In this document: positions 52,655-61,177 of the stretch, one piece after another | Numbering within the stretch: the first letter of the stretch is position 1 | How the letters are laid out: each line of letters opens with the position of its first letter | NCBI GenBank assembly: GCA_023259135.1 | Contig: JAHFQX010000007.1 | Location: forward strand, 7,529-71,528 | DNA from: Betaproteobacteria bacterium | GTDB lineage: Bacteria > Pseudomonadota > Gammaproteobacteria > Burkholderiales > JAHFQX01 | Length of the DNA stretch: 64,000 bases | Direction of reading: 5' to 3' | Notes under the pieces: generated by a model | What the model saw: only the letters and a program-made list of their open reading frames with translations | Databases searched by the model: none | What the model was told of the DNA's origin: nothing | Position numbers and translations under genes: made by a program

Positions 52655-54904
52655 CTACCAGTATCTATACGACATCGATATGCCGATCAGGTTGATGGTG
52701 TAGTTGGGGGACAACTGTCCGGTAGTCATCACGTTGGCCAGGGTGTTCGGATTGACATTGTCGTATGCCCAATCGGCGATACGAAGGCTTTCATGTATCA
52801 AGCTAAGCTTGACAGATGAGTTTTTCTGAAGCTGGTAGTCTCCGTAAAGGTGCAGGCGATTGAGGCGCGACACCAAGTCGGGCATAGGCAACGCTCCGGG
52901 GAAAATCGTATTGATTTTTCCGGTGGCCTGGGAATAGACATAATCTCCCCCAAGGTCTAGCCGTCCCCCCACCTTCGCCATCTTGAAACCAAGGCCAATG
53001 GTATCTGCCCGATCATCGGAAGTGTTGTACCAATCGCTGGCGGAAACAACGGGCGTGGCTTGGGCCAACTTGGTGGCGGCTGTAAATGTCCTTCCCTTTT
53101 GGTCGGAAGCAAAGTTATCGTAGGTATAGAAAGCATAAATCGTCAGATTCTCCCTAGGCGCAATTGAGGCGTCCAGGGTGTAGCTTTGGCTCTTTGTCCC
53201 GGTCAGGCCGAGAATGGAGTTCTTGTAATCGTCCTGATTGTAGTCGGCGCTGAACTGCAGGGAAACCAATTCATGAGGAGAAGCGTTTACGGCAAGCCTC
53301 ACCTTGTCCCGATCGCGGTCTGCGTAAGTAAATTTCCGCAGCAGGGGATGGTTGTCGAACTGCGTGCCGGGAGCCAGGGTCGCGATGTATTGGGGAGAAT
53401 AACTGTTCAGGAACGGCACGTCCCGATATCCGGTGTTCTTCCGCTCCGAATGGGCGTAACTCAACCCGCCGCTGATGGTTTCCGCGAACCCGCGCCGCAG
53501 CCCGATACGGTAGGTGTGTTCACGCGTTTTGTCGACCTCGGCGAACGAACGCTCAATTTCTTCGTAATCGTAGCCGGCATTTAGCTTGGTGCGGGCCATG
53601 ATCGCGTAATCGGCGTCGAGCTTAAGCTGGTTTTGCTTGTAGCTGATCGGAAGATTGGTGCGTGCCCTGTCCGAGGCCAGGGTCACTGCCTGGTTCGTCG
53701 AATCTCCCCCGATGTACAGATATTGGGCTTGCGGCGTCTTGTTGTCACGGTCGTCATAGCGGTAAGAGGCCCGCAGATTGAGCTTGGGCAAGGGCCGCGT
53801 AGTCAAGACCAGGCTCAGCAGCGTGTTGTCGATCCGGCCATCCAGCGAGCCCCTGGGCAATGGCGTGGTGACCAGCAGCGCCGGGTTGACCGTATAGGGC
53901 AGGAACGCTTGATCCTGGGTCATCCGCCCGTACTGGAAATTTGCGGTCAACCGGGTGGTTTCCGTGAAGTTATAACCTCCGGACGCGATAATTTGATGGA
54001 ACTGATTATCCGGGGGGAGGCCGAGCTGGCCTTGCCCCGTCGGAAAACCGGCCGCCGGCGCCCATCCGGCTATGGCGGTGTACGGATTTTGCCAGACCAG
54101 CGAATTGTTCTGGTTGCTGAACAGCGACGCGTTATAGCCCAACTGGAACTGCGCCTTGGGAGTGGTATAAGCGAACGTGGCGTCGAATAAATTGGTTTCG
54201 TAATCAACCGGTTCTGGAATCAGCACCGATCTCGGATTGCCTCCGGAATTGCCAATCACCGCTCCGACGACCTTATTCCCCTCCTTGGTTTCATGTCGGA
54301 AATTGGCCTTGATCTCCCATTCTTGGGATAGGACCTTGGAAAATCCGAAGAAATAGTTTTTCCGCTCTTGCTCGACATCATAGCGCTTCAGATTCCCGGT
54401 CAACTGCGTCATCCCGGCCGTGGTTCCCGCCCCCACCCATCCCGCCGGAAGAGTGAGATTGGCGCTTCCTACTCCGTTGAAAACCGTCTGCGCCGATTCG
54501 GTCCGGAACTTCGCCAATTGATCGTATTCCAAGGAGAATCTGTAATTGCCCTGATCGCCGTATTCGTATTTCAGATTGCGGGATCTGAGGCCAAGATTGG
54601 TCCCGCTTAAAGTCCAATAGGTGGTAACGCCGCTGAGGGGAGCGCCCCGGCTCGTCAAATTTATATTGCCGATAAGATACGCGCCCTCATCCTTGAAACC
54701 CGAGTACTCCCCGAACTTGAACGAATCCCCGCTCACATTCGCGATGCCTATCTCGATTTCGTTTGGCTTGCGCGTCAAATCCCGGATCGTCTCGTCCTCT
54801 TGAGCGAGGCTAACCCCTGGCAGCAACGTCAACACCATGGTCGCGTATAGCGTTTTCGCAGAGCAAGAAGCCGTATTGCGGCGGTTAATCGTCTTCGTTT
54901 TCAT
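52655..54904 (-). CDS. MtrB/PioB/MtoB-family outer-membrane porin (decahaem-associated beta-barrel)
   Basis: 749 aa. Signal peptide ending LLPGVSLAQE. Alternating-residue beta-strand pattern rich in Y/G/N/D throughout. Terminal aromatic ...ISMSYRYW. Directly follows a decahaem cytochrome gene (38-nt gap), the defining context of the family. No N-terminal CxxC. Confidence 0.75.
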   Translation of the reverse strand: MKTKTINRRNTASCSAKTLYATMVLTLLPGVSLAQEDETIRDLTRKPNEIEIGIANVSGDSFKFGEYSGFKDEGAYLIGNINLTSRGAPLSGVTTYWTLSGTNLGLRSRNLKYEYGDQGNYRFSLEYDQLAKFRTESAQTVFNGVGSANLTLPAGWVGAGTTAGMTQLTGNLKRYDVEQERKNYFFGFSKVLSQEWEIKANFRHETKEGNKVVGAVIGNSGGNPRSVLIPEPVDYETNLFDATFAYTTPKAQFQLGYNASLFSNQNNSLVWQNPYTAIAGWAPAAGFPTGQGQLGLPPDNQFHQIIASGGYNFTETTRLTANFQYGRMTQDQAFLPYTVNPALLVTTPLPRGSLDGRIDNTLLSLVLTTRPLPKLNLRASYRYDDRDNKTPQAQYLYIGGDSTNQAVTLASDRARTNLPISYKQNQLKLDADYAIMARTKLNAGYDYEEIERSFAEVDKTREHTYRIGLRRGFAETISGGLSYAHSERKNTGYRDVPFLNSYSPQYIATLAPGTQFDNHPLLRKFTYADRDRDKVRLAVNASPHELVSLQFSADYNQDDYKNSILGLTGTKSQSYTLDASIAPRENLTIYAFYTYDNFASDQKGRTFTAATKLAQATPVVSASDWYNTSDDRADTIGLGFKMAKVGGRLDLGGDYVYSQATGKINTIFPGALPMPDLVSRLNRLHLYGDYQLQKNSSVKLSLIHESLRIADWAYDNVNPNTLANVMTTGQLSPNYTINLIGISMSYRYW

Positions 54905-54942
54905 ATCGGACCTCGACTACGTTGACTACGTTGCGAGCGCCA

Positions 54943-55905
54943 TCAGCGGGTTTTCCGCGGGCCGGAGGGATGATTCGAACCATGCACCTGCGAGTGGCAA
55001 TTCAGACAGTTGTTGGCAAGCAACTGCTGTGCCGCTCCAACCGGAGGAACCCCGGTTCCACTGTACGCGGTACTGGGATGGAACTGGGCCAAATGGCATT
55101 CCTGGCACAACCAAGGCCCCCGAACCTTCAAAAGTGGCGTATGAATCGACCCATGGGGAACATGGCAGTTGGTGCAGTCCTCACGCACCGGCGGGTGCTC
55201 CCACAAGAAGGGGCCGCGTTTTTCGGCATGGCATGTGTAGCACGTTTCGTTAACCGTCGCCTTGGCCAACTGCTTGGGTCCCGGCGAGCCGTGGGGGTTG
55301 TGGCATTGGGAACAGGTCACTTTGCCATCCTTGACCGGATGGGCCGACGGCTTGAGTATCTGGGAGCGCTGTTCCTTGTGGCAGGCAAAGCAGACTTCCG
55401 GCTGGCTGCTCTTAGCCAGAACCTTGTCTTTCCCGGTATGAACTTGATGGCAGGCGACGCACGGCACATCCCCCGATTGGTGCTGACTACCCTGCCAAGC
55501 CATCCTGAGTCCAGACTGATGGCAGGTCAGGCAGGGCTTATTCTGACTATTCGCGGGGGTGTCCGACTTCTTGCCAAAAACACGCTCTGGCTTAGGCCGT
55601 TCCTTTACCCCCTCCGGCTTGTTAATGTGAGTGTCGCTTTCTCCGTGGCAACTGGTGCAGGTCGGAGTACGGGCATCGCCCGTTACCCCATGCCGGGTTT
55701 TGGCGATGGACAATACCGGATATTCCTCGGTCTCGTCATGGCAGCGGGTGCATTTGGCGTCGCCCTTGAGGACCCTATCCTTGCGAGGCTCTTTGGCCTG
55801 CTCTCCGGCGGAACCGGATTCCGCTCCAAACGCTCCCGCGGAAAGGCCCAAGGCCACGACGGCACCCCACAGTATCGCGGCCATGGAGCATCTGTATCGT
55901 TTCAT
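54943..55905 (-). CDS. Periplasmic decahaem c-type cytochrome, MtrA/MtoA/PioA family
   Basis: Track start 55914 is GTG; ATG 55905 lies 8 nt after AGGGAGG. Signal peptide ...ALGLSAGAFGA. Ten CxxCH motifs: CTRCH, CTSCH, CLTCH, CVACH, CFACH, CSQCH, CYTCH, CTNCH, CQECH, CLNCH in about 320 aa. Confidence 0.85.
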   Translation of the reverse strand: MKRYRCSMAAILWGAVVALGLSAGAFGAESGSAGEQAKEPRKDRVLKGDAKCTRCHDETEEYPVLSIAKTRHGVTGDARTPTCTSCHGESDTHINKPEGVKERPKPERVFGKKSDTPANSQNKPCLTCHQSGLRMAWQGSQHQSGDVPCVACHQVHTGKDKVLAKSSQPEVCFACHKEQRSQILKPSAHPVKDGKVTCSQCHNPHGSPGPKQLAKATVNETCYTCHAEKRGPFLWEHPPVREDCTNCHVPHGSIHTPLLKVRGPWLCQECHLAQFHPSTAYSGTGVPPVGAAQQLLANNCLNCHSQVHGSNHPSGPRKTR

Positions 55906-55990
55906 GAAGGGCACCTCCCTAAAGACTACCCAAAACTATTATTAGTAAAGGGGCGGCGAATCCCTACCCCAGGCTTGGCCTTTTCCAGCG

Positions 55991-56584
55991 CTACAATTTC
56001 AGTTCCTGCGGTCCCGGACCTTCCGGTTCCTTGTGCGCAATGCCGAAGTGACAGTCTATGCAGGTCTTGCCTTCGGCCTTTCCCTTGGCGTGCCGGTTCT
56101 TGCTCTTTTCGGTCTGCTTGTCGGGGTCCCACGAGTCGTCGTGGTGGCAATTACGGCACTCCAGCGAGTCGGTCTGCTTCATGCGGGTCCACACCCGCTT
56201 GGCGAGCGTGTAGCGGTGGGACTCGAACTTCTCCTGGGTGTCCACCACGCCGGTGAAATGACCCCACAACTCGAATGTAGCCCGCATCTTGCGCAGAATC
56301 AGAGGACCCGGCTGGCGTGGCACGTGGCAATCGGAACAGATGGCGCGCACCCCGGTGCGGTTCTTGTCGTGAATCGTGTCCTTGTATTCGGCATAGACGT
56401 TATCGCGCATCTCGTGACAACCGATGCAGAATTCCTCCGTGTTGGTCCAGGCCAGCCCCGCGGCGCCGGCGGTTACCAGCGCCACGGTCAGGAACACTAC
56501 GGCGACGGCAACCCCTATCACCAGCCTTACCCGCGAGCATATAGTGCAACGACGGGTTAGCGCTTCCCATACCTTTTTAATCAC
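55991..56584 (-). CDS. Membrane-anchored tetrahaem cytochrome c, NapC/NirT/CymA family (quinol dehydrogenase type)
   Basis: Both candidate starts are GTG (56617 from the track; 56584 preceded by GGGGGGAAG). One N-terminal TM helix LVIGVAVAVVFLTVALVTAGAAGL, then four CxxCH motifs: CIGCH, CSDCH, CRNCH, CIDCH. Confidence 0.8.
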   Translation of the reverse strand: MIKKVWEALTRRCTICSRVRLVIGVAVAVVFLTVALVTAGAAGLAWTNTEEFCIGCHEMRDNVYAEYKDTIHDKNRTGVRAICSDCHVPRQPGPLILRKMRATFELWGHFTGVVDTQEKFESHRYTLAKRVWTRMKQTDSLECRNCHHDDSWDPDKQTEKSKNRHAKGKAEGKTCIDCHFGIAHKEPEGPGPQELKL

Positions 56585-56621
56585 TGTCTTCCCCCCAGCT
56601 TCCCGCCACAGGCTCACGCCT

Positions 56622-56960
56622 TCAGCGTGACAGAATCCATTGGATAACGTTCTGGATATCCGCTTCGTTCTTGGTCTTCAGGGAATCGTGCTCTTCCTCT
56701 TTGCCGTCCACCTTGACCTTGGGATTGGTGGTCAGGTGGGTATAAAGTTTCTTTTCGGCATCTGGCTTGCCTTTGAGCTTGGCGGCGGTTTCCTTGTAGG
56801 GAGGTCCTTCCTTTTTCTTGTCCACCGAATGGCACTTGAAACAACCGCTCTTTTTCATCAAGGATTCCGCGGCGCCCGCATCAAGGGCCATTGCGGATGG
56901 CGCAAAGCCCAACCCGACAAACAGTACCAACCCCCTTACTCCTGGACTTCCCGTATCCAT
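56622..56960 (-). CDS. Secreted monohaem class I c-type cytochrome (MtoD-like position)
   Basis: 112 aa. Signal peptide LVLFVGLGFAPSAMA. Single CFKCH haem site. Lys-rich small soluble domain. First gene of the cytochrome operon. Confidence 0.75.
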   Translation of the reverse strand: MDTGSPGVRGLVLFVGLGFAPSAMALDAGAAESLMKKSGCFKCHSVDKKKEGPPYKETAAKLKGKPDAEKKLYTHLTTNPKVKVDGKEEEHDSLKTKNEADIQNVIQWILSR

Positions 56961-57227
56961 AACCTAATCCCCTCATTCGGGCATGATAATCGCGTTTTCG
57001 AGTTTGCTCCTTGCACGGCCGGCCCCAATAGCTTGATTCACAAATCATGTTAGCATGAAAATATAACTCAATAAGGAGAACTTTTTCTGCTTTGGTGACT
57101 TGGCTCAAAAAACAGCCAAAATCCAAGCTGTGGGGTACCGGCCTGCACCTCCTGATGCCGCAGTTTATATCCATTGAAGCCAACCGGGAAATCCTCACGA
57201 TCCCGACGGCTTTGAGCATCCAAGGCG
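56961..57227 (-). promoter_or_regulatory. AT-richer 267-nt upstream region of the cytochrome operon (promoter region, motifs unconfirmed)
   Basis: The only sizeable gap in this part of the window and visibly less GC-rich than its surroundings. Candidate motifs are listed in the findings. None is strong. Confidence 0.4.
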
Positions 57228-58013
57228 TCACCATCCCCCGAACGACAAGCCCCCGTTGACGCTGACGGTCTGGCCGGACACCTGGGCCGCCTGGTCGGAA
57301 GCCAGGAAGGCCGCCACTTCGGCAACCTCCTCGGCGGTCGGCGCCCGGCCCAGGGGGAAACGGCTCAATGCCTTGCTGAACAGCTTATTCTCGAAACTCG
57401 GCTTGCTGAATATCTCATCGTAGCGGGGCGTATCCGAGGTGAGCGTCAAGGCCACGCAATTGACCCGTATTTTCCAGCGGGAAAATTCCCGGGCCAGGGC
57501 CTTGGTCATGAGAATGGTCGCGGCCCCGACGCTGCCGATCAGGGATTCTCCCGGCGTGGGATGACGGCCGGCATCGGTGGTGATCAGCACGATGGAGCCC
57601 CGCTGCCGCTCCCGCATGCCGGGGAGCGCCGCATGAACGGGAAAGACCCGCGGCAGGTAGCGGGTCTCGAAAGCTTTCAGGAAATCCTCGGGCTTTAACT
57701 CATGGAACGGCGTCGGGCCGGGCTTCTCCGACCCGCCGCTGCTCACCAGGATGTCGATGGGGCCGAGACGCCGCGCCACGGCGGTCACCACCCGGCTGAT
57801 TTCATCGTAGCGGGCGGCGCTGCCGGCCTCAAAGATGAACTCGGCGCCGGTATGGGCCAAACGATTCATCGCATCTTCTCCGGCCGCCGCTTGGCGCCCG
57901 TTCAGCGCCACCCGGGCGCCTCGCTTGGCCAGTGCCTCGGCGATGCGAAAACCGATGCCGCTGGTGGAGCCCGTTACCAGCGCTACTTTCCCTTGCAAAT
58001 CCTGCTTGTCCAT
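57228..58013 (-). CDS. SDR-fold protein lacking the canonical catalytic Ser-Tyr-Lys
   Basis: Track ORF 57228..58475 trimmed to ATG 58013 (MDKQDLQGKVALVTGSTSGIG). Rossmann/TGxxxGxG motif intact. The catalytic region reads ITTDAGRHPTPGESLIGSVGAATILMTKAL where the in-window FabG has [30 protein letters not shown]. Confidence 0.7.
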   Translation of the reverse strand: MDKQDLQGKVALVTGSTSGIGFRIAEALAKRGARVALNGRQAAAGEDAMNRLAHTGAEFIFEAGSAARYDEISRVVTAVARRLGPIDILVSSGGSEKPGPTPFHELKPEDFLKAFETRYLPRVFPVHAALPGMRERQRGSIVLITTDAGRHPTPGESLIGSVGAATILMTKALAREFSRWKIRVNCVALTLTSDTPRYDEIFSKPSFENKLFSKALSRFPLGRAPTAEEVAEVAAFLASDQAAQVSGQTVSVNGGLSFGGW

Positions 58014-58054
58014 GATTCCTCCTGGTGCTTTTTTAATAACGGCAATCCGGAGCA

Positions 58055-58468
58055 TCACTCCGGTTCGGTAAACCGCATCAATCCGGAGCGCAACGAATCG
58101 GGGATGGGTATGGCTTGCTCGGCCCGAATGTCCACCGTCACCATGACGATATGGCCCGTCACCGCGGCTTCCTGCTCCCCATCCCGAATCAGCTCGAATT
58201 CCATGCGGATAGAGCTGTTGCCCAAATGTCCGATCCACGCCCGCACCACGCCCCGGTCGTGAACCTTGAGGGGATGGCGGTAGTCGGCTTCGAGGTGGGC
58301 ACGGGGAAGGCCATAGCCTTCTTGTATTATGGCGTAGCCGGTAAACCCGGCCTCGCGGAACAACCGGGCTTCGGCCTGGGCCACATAATGAAACACCGCC
58401 GCGTAATAGACCCAACCCGAAGGGTCGGAGTCTCCAAACAACACCTCGAAGGGCACTTCCAGCTTCAT
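58055..58468 (-). CDS. Hotdog-fold acyl-CoA thioesterase (4HBT/YbgC-like)
   Basis: Track ORF 58055..58663 trimmed to ATG 58468 (ATGA overlap with the upstream ligase stop). MKLEVPFEVLFGDSDPSGWVYYAAVFHY carries the N-terminal catalytic Asp context. 137 aa. Confidence 0.7.
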   Translation of the reverse strand: MKLEVPFEVLFGDSDPSGWVYYAAVFHYVAQAEARLFREAGFTGYAIIQEGYGLPRAHLEADYRHPLKVHDRGVVRAWIGHLGNSSIRMEFELIRDGEQEAAVTGHIVMVTVDIRAEQAIPIPDSLRSGLMRFTEPE

Positions 58469-59982
58469 GACCCATGTTCTTTCATGTCGAGCACCATTTT
58501 CTTGAGCTTCTCCTTCATCACCCGGCCGCTCAGGTTGCGGGGCAGCTCGGCAGCGAACATCACCCGCCGGGGGCGCTTGTAGCGGGCCAAGCCGGCCTCG
58601 GCAAAACCCATCAATTCCCCGGCATTCGCCTGCCGGCCGGGCTTGAGAACGACGACCGCGCAAATCAGCTCAGTCCACTCGGGGTCCGGCAGGCCGATGC
58701 AGGCCGCTTCCGCCACCGCCGGGTGGGAAGCCAGAACCTCTTCCACTTCCGGCGCGTAGACATTGATCCCCCCGCTCTTGATCACATCCCGCTTGCGGCC
58801 GACGAAATAAAGATAGCCGTCGGCATCGAAGCGGCCCAAGTCCCCCACAGTGAAGAACTCACCCCGCCGGGTACTGTCCGTCAACTCCGGATCGTTGTAA
58901 TAGCCTTCGTATTGGAACGAACTGCGGGCGCAGATTTCCCCCACCTCTCCCACGGCCACTTCCTTGCCGTCGTCGTCCAGCAGGCGAACTTCCACTCCAA
59001 AGAATACCGTCCCGATGCAATTGCCCTCGGCATATCGCAGCACCGCGTCGCCCTTTAGATTGGCGTAGGGCCCCACCTCGGTGGAGGCGGCGTAGATGCT
59101 GAGCACCGGGCCGGCCTTGGCAAACCAGGCTTGCCGCAAATCCGCCTCCACCGCCCCGCCGCCCGATTGAATGAGCCGCAGCGAGCGCCCGGAAAAATCC
59201 TGGAACGCCGGAGATTCCATCATTCGGCGCAGCAAAGGCGGAAACATCATGGCGGCGGTAATCTTTTCCTTGTCGATCAAGGCTAGGGTCCGCTCCGCAT
59301 CGAAGGATTCCATGAGGTAAACCGTCGCCCCCAGGTATAGCGGCAGCATGGCGTAGCCGAAGCCCGCCGACAGGCACAGCGGCATCACGCAAAGGGTGCG
59401 GTCCTCGGTGGCAAAGCCCTGCTCGATGGCCCGTTCCTCGAAACCCCATTTTTCCCGTAGGGTGCCTTTCGGGCGGGAAGTGGTGCCGGAGGTGTGGAGC
59501 ATGATGAGGGCCCGCGATTCTCGGAGATCGGCCTCGGCATCGCTCGCGGCGGCCAGGCGCTCCGGCAACGAAAGCACACGTCCGCCCTCCCCGGCTTGCA
59601 AGGCATCCAGGCAATACACTTGCTCCACTCGGCCGGCGAAGCGTTCCCCGTGGGCCAAATGATGGCGGTCCACCAGCAGGGCGCGGCTGTGGGAGTGAGT
59701 CAGGATATGCAGCATGTCATCGTCGGACAGCCGGTAATTCACCGGCACCGGAACGGCCCCGAAGCCCATCAGGGCAAAATACGCGGTGATGAAATCCGGA
59801 TGATTCAACGCCAGGATCGCCACCTTGTCGTCGCGGCCATAGCCCGCCTGGCGCAATGCGTTCATCATCCCGCAAACGCGGCGATACAGCTCCGCATAGC
59901 TCCAGGACGATTCGCCAAAGCACAGCGCCGGCTTGGCGGGAAAGCGCCGGGCGTTGAGCCGCAGCGCCTCGGTGAAGGTCAT
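58465..59982 (-). CDS. AMP-forming acyl-CoA synthetase / ligase (class I adenylate-forming)
   Basis: Track ORF 58465..60417 trimmed to ATG 59982 (MTFTEALRLNARRFPAKPAL). AMP-binding box LHTSGTTSRPKG, YGSTE-like AASTEVG, TVGDLG, GRKRDVIKSGGINV, C-terminal Lys GRVMK. Confidence 0.85.
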   Translation of the reverse strand: MTFTEALRLNARRFPAKPALCFGESSWSYAELYRRVCGMMNALRQAGYGRDDKVAILALNHPDFITAYFALMGFGAVPVPVNYRLSDDDMLHILTHSHSRALLVDRHHLAHGERFAGRVEQVYCLDALQAGEGGRVLSLPERLAAASDAEADLRESRALIMLHTSGTTSRPKGTLREKWGFEERAIEQGFATEDRTLCVMPLCLSAGFGYAMLPLYLGATVYLMESFDAERTLALIDKEKITAAMMFPPLLRRMMESPAFQDFSGRSLRLIQSGGGAVEADLRQAWFAKAGPVLSIYAASTEVGPYANLKGDAVLRYAEGNCIGTVFFGVEVRLLDDDGKEVAVGEVGEICARSSFQYEGYYNDPELTDSTRRGEFFTVGDLGRFDADGYLYFVGRKRDVIKSGGINVYAPEVEEVLASHPAVAEAACIGLPDPEWTELICAVVVLKPGRQANAGELMGFAEAGLARYKRPRRVMFAAELPRNLSGRVMKEKLKKMVLDMKEHGS

Positions 59983-59995
59983 GGCCGCGGAAGCC

Positions 59996-61150
59996 TCATT
60001 CGAAGGCCGACATGCCGAGAATCTCACGGCCGATGATGAGCGTCTGCACTTCCGAAGTCCCCTCGGGAATGATGCCGCCGCGGGTGTCGCGGAAAATCCG
60101 TTCGATGGGGTAATCCTTGCTGTAGCCCATGCCGCCATGGACTTGCAGGGCATGATTGGCGACCTCGAAGGCGGACTCGGTGGCAACCTTCTTGGCGATG
60201 GAGCATTCCATGCGCGCCGGCTTGCCTCGGTCGAGGGCCGCCGCCGCCCGGAAACCCAGCCAGCGGGCAGCCTCGGTGAGACATTGCATCTCCACGATGT
60301 GCTGCTGCACCAGTTGGAAGCTGCCGATGGGCCGGCCGAACTGCTTGCGATCCTTGGCGTAGCGGATGGATAGATCCAGCGCCGCCTGGGCTGCCCCCAC
60401 CGCCCCCATGGAAACATTCAGCCGGCCGTAATTGAGGCCGGTGAGAATCAGCTTGAGGCCCTCCCCCACTTTGCCCAGCACGTTTTCCTTAGGCACCGCC
60501 ACGTCCTCGAACACCAGTTCGGAGGTCGCCGTGGATTGCAGGATCATGGTATGCACTCGCCGGCCCGAATACTGGGCCTGCTCCCGCTCCACCAGAAAGG
60601 CCGTAATGCCGCCGGGATGGCTGTCAGTAGGGGTCACCTTGGCCATGAGAATGCCGAAGTCGGCCCAGATGCCGTTGGTGATCCACAACTTGGTGCCGTT
60701 GATGAGGTAATGGTCGCCTTTGTCCACCGCCCGGGTTTCCATTCCCGCCACGTTGGAGCCGTGGTTGGGTTCGGTGATGCCGACGAAGAAGCGCTTCTTG
60801 CACTCCAACAGCGGCTTGAGGAAGCGCTCCCGCTGGGCCGGCGTGGCGTGGGTATGCAGCAGGCTGGCGGCGATGTTCACGGTATTGAGCACCACCCGCA
60901 TGCTCAGCCAATGATAGCCCGCCAGTTCCATCAGCACCGCCCAACTGACGTAGTCCATGCCAAAGCCGCCGGCCTGCTCGGGCAGCAACCCACCGATGTA
61001 GCCGAATTGCTTGAGCTTGGGCAGCAGCTCCCAGGCGAATTCCCCGCGGCGCTCGTGGTCGGCGACGATGGGGTCCACCTCCTGGGCCAGAAAACGGCTT
61101 ACGGTTTCCCGAAGTATGTTCTGTTCGTCGGTCAGTTCGAAATCCACCAT
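59996..61150 (-). CDS. Acyl-CoA dehydrogenase (canonical C-terminal catalytic Glu type)
   Basis: 384 aa. GITEPNHGSN, WITNG, GLNYGRL, RKQFGRPI, IIPEGTSEVQ (Glu base at the MCAD/SCAD position). Confidence 0.85.
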   Translation of the reverse strand: MVDFELTDEQNILRETVSRFLAQEVDPIVADHERRGEFAWELLPKLKQFGYIGGLLPEQAGGFGMDYVSWAVLMELAGYHWLSMRVVLNTVNIAASLLHTHATPAQRERFLKPLLECKKRFFVGITEPNHGSNVAGMETRAVDKGDHYLINGTKLWITNGIWADFGILMAKVTPTDSHPGGITAFLVEREQAQYSGRRVHTMILQSTATSELVFEDVAVPKENVLGKVGEGLKLILTGLNYGRLNVSMGAVGAAQAALDLSIRYAKDRKQFGRPIGSFQLVQQHIVEMQCLTEAARWLGFRAAAALDRGKPARMECSIAKKVATESAFEVANHALQVHGGMGYSKDYPIERIFRDTRGGIIPEGTSEVQTLIIGREILGMSAFE

Positions 61151-61177
61151 GGCGACTTCCTCCTCAACAGGTCCCGT

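Noticed and set aside
57034-57047. Palindrome TGATTCACAAATCA upstream of the cytochrome operon, considered as an FNR or CRP site
   Set aside because: The spacing is TGAT-N6-ATCA. FNR needs TTGAT-N4-ATCAA and CRP needs TGTGA-N6-TCACA, so the half-sites or spacing fit neither.
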